From: Eledone cirrhosa
Lineage: Eukaryota
DNA: 64,000 bases
Reading direction: 5' to 3'
Assembly: GCA_964016885.1 (NCBI GenBank)
Contig: OZ024740.1
Span: 320,106,001-320,170,000 of the forward strand
In this document: positions 54,446-64,000 of the stretch, one piece after another
Layout of the letters: every line of letters begins with the position of its first letter
How positions within the stretch are numbered: the stretch's first letter is position 1
The notes under the pieces: generated by a model
Database searches by the model: none
What the model was told of the DNA's origin: nothing
The model's input: the letters and a program-made list of their open reading frames with translations, nothing else
Program-made: the position numbers and the translations under genes

Positions 54446-54505
<60 letters not shown>

Positions 54506-55319
54506 CCTCTCTCTCTCTCTGAAAAAAATCAGCTGTGTTCAGACTTGGAGACGGGATGGCTTCTGCCAGGTTTAAAATGGTCAAAAAAGGTTGTATGTTA
54601 CTACGGTGACCCTACGACTCCACCGGAAGATATGGGTCCATACCACCCTCCATACTCCTCATACCTTCGACTTCACCAGTATGGCATATCCTCAAAACAC
54701 TACAAGGGTTAAGTGTTACCGTATACCTTATTGTTGCAGCTAGGAATCCTTCTCTTATACTTCGCCGTTGTCGTTGTTGGTAATATTTATATTGTTTAGC
54801 CCCAGGATGCTCTGAATGAGCATAACTATGATTAGAGGCAATCCAGCCATGATTAATCCATCGTTTTTTTTTTGTTTTTTTTTTACAGATAACATGTCTT
54901 CTACTATAATATTTAATACGTACTTCCAGTTTTTATGATACTAGACTATTATTTGAGACATATTTCGTTGCTATTTCTAACAGGTTGAGTGACCACGTAG
55001 AAGTTCACTGATTATCTTGCAGTTTACTTTGTTTCATTCTATGCTGAAATTTGTTTAACTACAATTTCCTTTCTACAACGATAATACCTGCAGATAGATC
55101 TGATTTATAGCTTAATAATATCTAGAATTACATTTCAACAGATTGGTACTAGCTGTTCAAGAAGAAGACAATTGAATTTCATTAAATTCTCTTTAGAAAA
55201 GAATGTTAACAACGCCTACTCGTTATCTTTTTTCAACGAAGCCGTCATTATTTGCACTTTTCATCAACTTTAATGACGACAAAAAACATTAGAAGCAAAA
55301 AATATAATAATAATGAATG

Positions 55320-55457
<138 letters not shown>

Positions 55458-55854
55458 GCACACAGACATATGCACGCAAACATACATGAACACACACATA
55501 TATATATACACACACAGACATATACACATAAGCAGACATGTACACATAGATAGATATATACATGTATACAGACATATACACACATGTATACAGATATATA
55601 CACACATGTGCTATAGACATATACATACACGTACATACACGTGCTATAGACATATGCATACATGTACTTATAGACATATACATACATGTACTTATAGACA
55701 TATACATACACGTGTTATAGACATATACGTACAACACTCTATTACATACACGTACACAGACATATACACGTACTTATAGAAAATAAATAAAAAGAAAATA
55801 AAAAAAATAAAAAAAAATAAATATATATATATATATACATATACATACACATAT

Positions 55855-55887
<33 letters not shown>

Positions 55888-56165
55888 TACATTAATAACA
55901 ATAATAATAATGATTTCATTTATTGGCCACAAGGGCCGACATATAGGGGACAACACAATAGACAGGGACAGTGGGGGTTTACATAGAGATCGAGTAAGTA
56001 TAAATAACAAAAAAAACAAAATAACAATAAAAATACAACAATGAAAGTTCCCCAATAAGAGGGATCACCACCCAGGGTTGACTCAAGCACCCCACCAGTC
56101 CTGAGCCACCCGACGCTCCTAGGGCACCCGGGAAGGGCACCCCTCTCCTTCTCGAATTCACCAGC

Positions 56166-59100
56166 CTACAGGCGCATGATCAGAGTAGGCCCACTCACGC
56201 GGGCCATTCTCGCCACATTCACCCACCTTTCGGTAAATGTACTGGGGGGCAGCACTTCTCTCTCCACCCTCACCTTCCTTTCCAAGTGAAACTTGAAGAA
56301 GTTGATGAGGGATTGGCCGAAGAGAAAAGTGTCTGTCTTCAGTCCTTTCAACCTGGTCCACCATGCAACCTCTTTCGCTACTGCCACCAGGCAGAGGAAA
56401 ATTGCCTGCCCTTCCTGACCAAAAGAAGGCGGCGGGTCAATCTTCACTATGGACTCGGACGATAGCCGGATCCGTTCTACACGCGACAATAGCTGTTCGA
56501 CATAACCCCACAAGTCAGCAATGCACGGACACTGGACGAGTGCGTGCAGAACGGTTTCGTCGCTCTGCGCGCATCTCGGGCAGGTTCGTCTGACAGCACT
56601 TCCGTGCCTGTAGAGTTTATCCCGAACCGGCAGCGCCCCCCGGTAGCACTGCCAAGCGAGGGATTTCTGGAAGTTATCCATCGTCCCCGGCTCGAAAGTC
56701 CTCCGGAACATACTGGTCAGTTCTACTTCGTTGACGCCCAGAGCCTCTCCTAGTACGTCATCGCACTTGCCCTCCACTAATCCTCTATAGAAATCTTGAG
56801 TGGAAGTTCCACTGACCGCATTGCCCACCTTGCAGAGTGCAGTGAGCGCCTGGCAACATTCCAGATGCCAGTCGCCCAGTCTCGGTCTCTTCTTGACCCA
56901 GGACTGCAGCTCAGTCAAAGAGATGAGCTGCGGAAAGGCCCGTCTAACAAACGGCGACCACACCTGTTCACCGTTTAGGCAAAATATCTGGAGATGTCGC
57001 AGCCTCAGCGCATGTCTGCGCATCATTAGCCACGGCATGCCCAGCCCTCCACGAAGAGGGTGCTGGCAGCAGATGGACCGCCTCACCAACGGGACCCGTC
57101 CCCTCCACAAAAATTTGAAAAGGAGCCGTTCCAAATTGGCGAGGCGTGGACGGGGGCAAGGCACGACGGTCAGGCGGTAGTAGATGACGGACGCGATGTA
57201 CGCGTTCGCCACCTCCGCCCGCCCTTTCAGTGATAGCTTTCTCTCAGCCCATTTCTGGGTGAGGTTGGCTATCCTGCTCGTCACCTCGTCCCAATTCTTA
57301 TCCACCTGGAGGTCTGGTCCGAACCAAACCCCGAGCAACTTTACCGGTCCGTCTGTCCAGCGCCCAACGACGCTGTTGGACGGCATGGACTTGCCTCTCC
57401 AGGTGCCGAGCTGCAAGCCCACCGACTTTTCCGGGTTAAGTTTTGCTCCCGTCAACCTTTCATATTCCTCCAAATGGGTGCGGATCACCTCGATTTCCGA
57501 GGTGTCCGACACCATCACGGTGATGTCGTCCGCATAAGCGGACGCAGCCTTTCTACGTCCCGGTTCGAGCGGGATGCCCTGCAACAACTCCAGCTTCCGC
57601 AGTAGAGGCTCAAGAGTCAATACGTACAGAAGTGAGGAGAGAGGGCACCCTTGACGGACCGATCGAGAGATCTGAAACGGTTCCGAGAGGTGGCCATTAA
57701 CTTTGACCACCGAGCAGATGCCGCTGTACATTGCAGCGATCCAGCTTCTGAAGACGGGGCCGAAGCCAGCCGCCTCGAGGACAGCCTCCAAGTACCGATG
57801 GTCGACCCTATCGAATGCTTTCGATTGATCTAAATTGATCAGAGCCCCACCGAAGCCAGGTTTGCACCCAACCCTCTCTATGATGTATCGCATGAGGTGG
57901 AGGTTGTCGTGTATGGACCTGGTCGGGATTGCGCAAGTTTGCGCCTCCCCAACCAAATCTTTGACGACAAGCGCCAACCTTTTCGCTAACACCTTGGCCA
58001 AAATCTTAAACTCTGTGTTGAGCAGGGTTATGGGCCTGAAATTATCTAGTGTGTCCCTCTTGTTCTCGTCTTTCCTTATCAGCGTCACTACGCCACGGCT
58101 CACAGAACTGGGAATGCTCCCGTTCTGCTGCCAGTTGCAGTAGAGCGCTTCGAGGAGATCGGAGAACAAGTCTGGCATATTTACGTAAAGCTCGTAGGGC
58201 AGACCATCCAAACCGGGTGACTTGCGACTCGAGCAGCCGACAAGGGCGTCCTGAATTTCGACTGATGTTATCGGCTCTTCGCAGCGCTCAGCGTCGGCCG
58301 TCGAGAGGCGTGGCAAGCCGTCGAGGTAGGGACTGAAGTCCGCCGCCGTCTCCGACTCACCCATTTTCCCGAACAATCGAGCAAAGTGCTGGCGAAAGGC
58401 CTCACACATCTGCTTGGAATCGCTCAGTTCGTGTCCATCTCGATCCGTCAAAGACCGAATTGTGGTTTTATTTCCACGCTGCGTCTCTGCAAAGCGAGCC
58501 CATCGGGCAGCTTTGGTTCCCTCGTTCCTCAGAGCACGCGCCTTAGCTCTGACAATGCAACCTTCGTGTTTCGCATTGAAGAAATGGTCTAGTGCCATTC
58601 TCGCCGCTAGCACGTCTGTTGCAATGCCACTACAAATAGCCTCGTCTAACTTAGCTATCAGCCCCTCCTCCTTTCTATTTTTCTCTATTGCTACTTCTTT
58701 GCTAAATCCTATCGAGGTTGCTCTAATCTCTCTTTTGAGAGCCCCCCACCACCTGTTGTTGACAACCCCCCCTGTCAACTTTTGCTTAACTAAGTTGTTG
58801 ACCCGGTCCCCGTAAGCTTTACGTGCCGGAAACGACATGTTTAGCTTCCAGTAGCTAGGTCCTAACCTACGTGTCTTATCTAGGTCGACCATACAGATCA
58901 CAAGCTTGTGATCTGAATAGGCAACCGTTTTAAAATGTGGACATCCTACACTATTTCTATCTCTTTTCCTAATGAAAATCCTATCTATGTACGATCTAGA
59001 TGACCCTATGCGATTGGTCCAGGTCCATACTGGCGCATTAGGGAAATCTAGTCGGTACCTGTCAGACAGTTGAAACTGGCTGATCAGGTACTTGAGGCTT

Positions 59101-59585
59101 TTGCACCCCCCGCTCCTATCAGATACTCCCACACAATCCCAGCGTGCCTCTAAGATGCCATTCCAATCCCCTATTAACAGTAAAGGGCGAGACGTAAGCA
59201 GAAAGTTTTCCAGGCGCCTAAAGAAGTCCGGCCGACCGGCCCCAGTAGGGGCGTAGACGGCCACCAGTCTAAAGGCACCACCTTCGCTATTGCTCACGTC
59301 CAGGACCACCAACTTTCCGTCAGGATCCCGGAAGATTGACCTTACCTCGAGATCCAGACATTTCCTAAACAGCACAGCCACTCCACCTCCCATTCCCGGC
59401 CGACTAACAGATGCAAAGATCTGATAATCGTCGAAAATCGGCGCCAGTGCGCGTGTGTCGGAAATTCTGGTCTCGCTGATGGCAATTACATCCATTCCTA
59501 GTGACCTGAGGTCGTTGAGCAAGTGACCTTGCTTCCAGGGCGACCCCAGGCCACGAACATTTAAACTTCCTACTCTTATGGCCAT
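56166..59585 (-). CDS. LINE ORF2: APE endonuclease, RT and C-terminal Cys/His zinc finger (1139 aa, intact)
   Basis: SLNVRGL, ISET, VYAP, GDWN, IDRIF, SDH, YWKLN; SPGLDGL, RPITLLN, LDQSKAFDRV, RQGCPLS, YADD; CPRC...ETVLHALVQC. Confidence 0.95.
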   Translation of the reverse strand: MAIRVGSLNVRGLGSPWKQGHLLNDLRSLGMDVIAISETRISDTRALAPIFDDYQIFASVSRPGMGGGVAVLFRKCLDLEVRSIFRDPDGKLVVLDVSNSEGGAFRLVAVYAPTGAGRPDFFRRLENFLLTSRPLLLIGDWNGILEARWDCVGVSDRSGGCKSLKYLISQFQLSDRYRLDFPNAPVWTWTNRIGSSRSYIDRIFIRKRDRNSVGCPHFKTVAYSDHKLVICMVDLDKTRRLGPSYWKLNMSFPARKAYGDRVNNLVKQKLTGGVVNNRWWGALKREIRATSIGFSKEVAIEKNRKEEGLIAKLDEAICSGIATDVLAARMALDHFFNAKHEGCIVRAKARALRNEGTKAARWARFAETQRGNKTTIRSLTDRDGHELSDSKQMCEAFRQHFARLFGKMGESETAADFSPYLDGLPRLSTADAERCEEPITSVEIQDALVGCSSRKSPGLDGLPYELYVNMPDLFSDLLEALYCNWQQNGSIPSSVSRGVVTLIRKDENKRDTLDNFRPITLLNTEFKILAKVLAKRLALVVKDLVGEAQTCAIPTRSIHDNLHLMRYIIERVGCKPGFGGALINLDQSKAFDRVDHRYLEAVLEAAGFGPVFRSWIAAMYSGICSVVKVNGHLSEPFQISRSVRQGCPLSSLLYVLTLEPLLRKLELLQGIPLEPGRRKAASAYADDITVMVSDTSEIEVIRTHLEEYERLTGAKLNPEKSVGLQLGTWRGKSMPSNSVVGRWTDGPVKLLGVWFGPDLQVDKNWDEVTSRIANLTQKWAERKLSLKGRAEVANAYIASVIYYRLTVVPCPRPRLANLERLLFKFLWRGRVPLVRRSICCQHPLRGGLGMPWLMMRRHALRLRHLQIFCLNGEQVWSPFVRRAFPQLISLTELQSWVKKRPRLGDWHLECCQALTALCKVGNAVSGTSTQDFYRGLVEGKCDDVLGEALGVNEVELTSMFRRTFEPGTMDNFQKSLAWQCYRGALPVRDKLYRHGSAVRRTCPRCAQSDETVLHALVQCPCIADLWGYVEQLLSRVERIRLSSESIVKIDPPPSFGQEGQAIFLCLVAVAKEVAWWTRLKGLKTDTFLFGQSLINFFKFHLERKVRVEREVLPPSTFTERWVNVARMARVSGPTLIMRL

Positions 59586-59614
59586 GCTGGCAGGATGAAT
59601 GGGAGAGGAAAGGT

Positions 59615-61525
59615 TTACTTACCTTCCGGGGTCTTGTGAAGGTCGGGTGGTTCGACCTCCATGGTTTGTGGGGTTTCTTTTGGGAACCCCTTTAATAGTC
59701 TTGAAGTGGGTTTTACGTTCGGGGTTCCCACATCCCGAGGAAAGCTCTTTCGAATTTCTTTGTATGAAGCGAGCGACATTCGCATCAGAAGCAAATTATC
59801 TGGTACGCGAAATGTGCTCGCTTCAAATGTTTCCCCCTCTTTTTCGATGTTTGTGCTTCGTGCTACATGGGCCATCAATTCCTTGTTGGCCCTTCTGGCA
59901 AGCACGAAGTTTTTAATGTTTTGTTGCTCGGGTTTTATTTGTTCGTGTGATTGTGGTGGTGATAGCTTTGTTAGTGTTGTTTCTATTGTGTCTGCGTTTG
60001 ATGTGGGTGGGGTGTCTGTAGTTTCTGATGTTTGTGTGTCTATTTGTTCTTGTGTCTGTTTAGCTTGTTTGCGTTTGGGGGATTTTGGTGGTTGTGTTGG
60101 TGATGCTGTGGGGAAAATGTTTGTGTGGGTGGTGTGTGTATTTTTTTTTGTGGGGGTGTTTGTGCTTTGTGGATTTCTTTTTTTTTTTGTGTTTTGTTTT
60201 TTGTATTTTGGGGGACTTTGGTTTTCCCTCATCTTCACTGCTGGAGGATGAGGGGTCTGTGGCTGTGAGCGTGTTTGTGTCTGAGTGAGTGTTTATGTTC
60301 TTGTTCGTGTGTGTATTTTGGGGGGGAGGGGGAATGGGAGAGCTTTCCTCGTTTCCCCCCTGGGTGTGCAATTTTGGTGGTTCCATTGTTGACGGTGTTG
60401 CTGGTGGTCCTTGTCCCGGCGTCGCCAGCAGTGGAATCTTTCGACCCCTTGCACTTTTCGGCAGTTGAGGGCAGAAGGCTCGCAAGTGTGTCGTTTCCCC
60501 ACAAAGGAAACAATGCGGCCTTTTGCCCTCAGTCATTATATGCAACACCCTCCCGTTTTGGAGGCGGATGTGGTCCGGGATTGCTTTTACGTTTTCGGGT
60601 CTGATTTGGAGCAGTATCTCCAGATCAACCCGGACCAGTCGTCCCTGGCAGTTCTCGTTGCCTCTACCGGGACTGTATCCGTTCCTTCCACGATTACGCA
60701 ACCCAGGAGCCACCACATATCAAGTCCTGGTGGAATCCTGGGAATGCGCACACGTGCTATTCGTTTTCCCATGTGGGAGGGGTACATTATGACCTTGCTG
60801 GTTTTGCAAGGGGTCATTGAATGCTTCACAGCGAGGGCTTCAGACTTGAACAGCACCGAAACGGTGCCGTATTGCCTGCCCCTCTCTATGAAGTCTGTGT
60901 CCTCTCTGATGTATTTCAGTGCGGCTTCTATATCAGCTTGGGCGATTATCGCTGCCCTCTTTGTCTCTACTGAGATGCATCTGAAATGCACCGTTCTTTT
61001 TTCCACTGCCTCAATGGCTTCTGCCGGGACAGTTAAGTTTGCCCAGGTCTGCTCTTGATTTATGATTTTCCAGGCCTGGGCCAACTTTTCCTCTCTGTTG
61101 GTTAAGTCGATGCTGTAGCATGGTCTCCTTTTAGCCGCTGCCACAGCAGCGAAGGTGTTCTTGTTGGTGTTGTCACTGTTGTTGTTCTTGTTCGTGTTGC
61201 TGCTGCTATTGCTGTTGTTGTTCTCCCCTGTGTCGTGGTTACCCTCTGTGCTGTTGGCCTTGTTGGTGCTGCTGCTGTCGCTACTATTACTCTCTGTGCT
61301 GTTCGTTTTGTTGGTGCTCTCGCTATTACCACCTTCTGCGCTGTTCGGCTTGTTGGTGTTGGTGTTGTCGCTGTTACCACCTTCCGCGCCGCTCGGCCCG
61401 TTGGTGCTGGCACTGTCGATGCTCACACTCGTGCTGGTGGCGCTCCTCGCCCCACCTCTCCTCTCAACGCTCAAGTCGCCGTTGCACGACAGCAGACCCG
61501 CCTCTAGGGGGCGTGGCTCCGCCAT
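59615..61525 (-). pseudogene. LINE ORF1 (gag-like CCHC knuckle), apparently split by two frameshifts
   Basis: Three overlapping ORFs; CFLCGETTHLRAFC knuckle; N/S-rich and T/P/K-rich low-complexity segments. Confidence 0.75.
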
Positions 61526-61734
61526 GTTTTTTTGAGAAAAAAATTATTATTTTTCCAAAATAAAGTTCAAATATTTGGGCCAAAAGGCCCAAATATTATG
61601 AGTTATTCCTTCACAGGATACAAATGAATGTCTTATAATGCTTCAGCGGTACAAAAAAATAAACAATTCTCCACAATTAATCCTCAAAAAATTGCTTACT
61701 CACGGAGCTTCAAAAAACGTACATCCACTTTCGT

Positions 61735-64000
61735 CAATAATAATAATAATAATGATTTCATTTATTGGCCACAAGGGCCGACATATAGGGGACAACACAA
61801 TAGACAGGGACAGTGGGGGTTTACATAGAGATCGAGTAAGTATAAATAACAAAAAACAAAATAACAATAAAAATACAACAATGAAAGTTCCCCAATAAGA
61901 GGGATCACCACCCAGGGTTGACTCAAGCACCCCACCAGTCCTGAGCCACCCGACGCTCCTAGGGCACCCGGGAAGGGCACCCCTCTCCTTCTCGAATTCA
62001 CCAGCCTACAGGCGCATGATCAGAGTAGGCCCACTCACGCGGGCCATTCTCGCCACATTCACCCACCTTTCAGTAAATGTACTGGGGGGCAGCACTTCTC
62101 TCTCCACCCTCACCTTCCTTTCCAAGTGAAACTTGAAGAAGTTGATGAGGGATTGGCCGAAGAGAAAAGTGTCTGTCTTCAGTCCTTTCAACCTGGTCCA
62201 CCATGCAACCTCTTTCGCTACTGCCACCAGGCAGAGGAAAATTGCCTGCCCTTCCTGACCAAAAGAAGGCGGCGGGTCAATCTTCACTATGGACTCGGAC
62301 GATAGCCGGATCCGTTCTACACGCGACAATAGCTGTTCGACATAACCCCACAAGTCAGCAATGCACGGACACTGGACGAGTGCGTGCAGAACGGTTTCGT
62401 CGCTCTGCGCGCATCTCGGGCAGGTTCGTCTGACAGCACTTCCGTGCCTGTAGAGTTTATCCCGAACCGGCAGCGCCCCCCGGTAGCACTGCCAAGCGAG
62501 GGATTTCTGGAAGTTATCCATCGTCCCCGGCTCGAAAGTCCTCCGGAACATACTGGTCAGTTCTACTTCGTTGACGCCCAGAGCCTCTCCTAGTACGTCA
62601 TCGCACTTGCCCTCCACTAATCCTCTATAGAAATCTTGAGTGGAAGTTCCACTGACCGCATTGCCCACCTTGCAGAGTGCAGTGAGCGCCTGGCAACATT
62701 CCAGATGCCAGTCGCCCAGTCTCGGTCTCTTCTTGACCCAGGACTGCAGCTCAGTCAAAGAGATGAGCTGCGGAAAGGCCCGTCTAACAAACGGCGACCA
62801 CACCTGTTCACCGTTTAGGCAAAATATCTGGAGATGTCGCAGCCTCAGCGCATGTCTGCGCATCATTAGCCACGGCATGCCCAGCCCTCCACGAAGAGGG
62901 TGCTGGCAGCAGATGGACCGCCTCACCAACGGGACCCGTCCCCTCCACAAAAATTTGAAAAGGAGCCGTTCCAAATTGGCGAGGCGTGGACGGGGGCAAG
63001 GCACGACGGTCAGGCGGTAGTAGATGACGGACGCGATGTACGCGTTCGCCACCTCCGCCCGCCCTTTCAGTGATAGCTTTCTCTCAGCCCATTTCTGGGT
63101 GAGGTTGGCTATCCTGCTCGTCACCTCGTCCCAATTCTTATCCACCTGGAGGTCTGGTCCGAACCAAACCCCGAGCAACTTTACCGGTCCGTCTGTCCAG
63201 CGCCCAACGACGCTGTTGGACGGCATGGACTTTCCTCTCCAGGTGCCGAGCTGCAAGCCCACCGACTTTTCCGGGTTAAGTTTTGCTCCCGTCAACCTTT
63301 CATATTCCTCCAAATGGGTGCGGATCACCTCGATTTCCGAGGTGTCCGACACCATCACGGTGATGTCGTCCGCATAAGCGGACGCAGCCTTTCTACGTCC
63401 CGGTTCGAGCGGGATGCCCTGCAACAACTCCAGCTTCCGCAGTAGAGGCTCAAGAGTCAATACGTACAGAAGTGAGGAGAGAGGGCACCCTTGACGGACC
63501 GATCGAGAGATCTGAAACGGTTCCGAGAGGTGGCCATTAACTTTGACCACCGAGCGGATGCCGCTGTACATTGCAGCGATCCAGCTTCTGAAGACGGGGC
63601 CGCAGCCAGCCGCCTCGAGGACAGCCTCCAAGTACCGATGGTCGACCCTATCGAATGCTTTCGATTGATCTAAATTGATCAGAGCCCCACCGAAGCCAGG
63701 TTTGCACCCAACCCTCTCTATGATGTATCGCATGAGGTGGAGGTTGTCGTGTATGGACCTGGTCGGGATTGCGCAAGTTTGCGCCTCCCCAACCAAATCT
63801 TTGACGACAAGCGCCAACCTTTTCGCTAACACCTTGGCCAAAATCTTAAACTCTGTGTTGAGCAGGGTTATGGGCCTGAAATTATCTAGTGTGTCCCTCT
63901 TGTTCTCGTCTTTCCTTATCAGCGTCACTACGCCACGGCTCACAGAACTGGGAATGCTCCCGTTCTGCTGCCAGTTGCAGTAGAGCGCTTCGAGGAGATC
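61735..64000 (-). mobile_element. L1/Tx1-type LINE copy 2 (3' part; continues beyond window)
   Basis: Almost identical to 55900-58160 (offset ~5840); ORF2 open through the window edge; own (ATT)n tail. Confidence 0.93.

Larger units (their letters stand above)
55895..61620 (-). mobile_element. Near full-length L1/Tx1-type LINE, copy 1
   Basis: ORF1 + ORF2, ~250-nt 3' UTR, AATAAA then an (ATT)n tail; 5' boundary approximate. Confidence 0.92.

Noticed and set aside
56363-58815. Plus-strand ORFs overlapping LINE ORF2 (also those antisense to PLE ORFs)
   Set aside because: Antisense shadows of real coding frames.

Overview
AT-rich, microsatellite-dense animal genomic DNA with no recognisable host gene. 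The repeat landscape looks mollusc/cephalopod-like, which is inference only. The window is almost entirely transposon-derived. (1) A ~9 kb head-to-head inverted pair of a Penelope-like element (PLE; RT + Cys linker + C-terminal GIY-YIG) at ~20745-29692, whose pseudo-LTRs carry minimal hammerhead ribozymes (HHRs). Unusually, it has a separate ~449-aa upstream ORF overlapping the RT frame at an in-phase U_UUU_UUA slippery heptamer, a candidate programmed -1 frameshift. (2) At least eight sequence-unrelated HHR families, mostly in short inverted-repeat cassettes within (AT)n tracts, including a U3-A8 covariant core and several with a U-U pair closing stem II. (3) Further PLE GIY-YIG remnants, a Helitron helicase remnant, R4/Dong-type RLE remnants and an RTE 3' end. 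(4) Two tandem, near-identical L1/Tx1-type LINEs (55.9-64 kb), one with an intact 1139-aa ORF2. (5) Many tRNA-derived SINEs, MITEs and tandem arrays of 30, ~43, 58, ~100 and ~526 bp. Most ORFs in the supplied track are artefacts of simple repeats. All structures were read by eye; no folding or database search was run.
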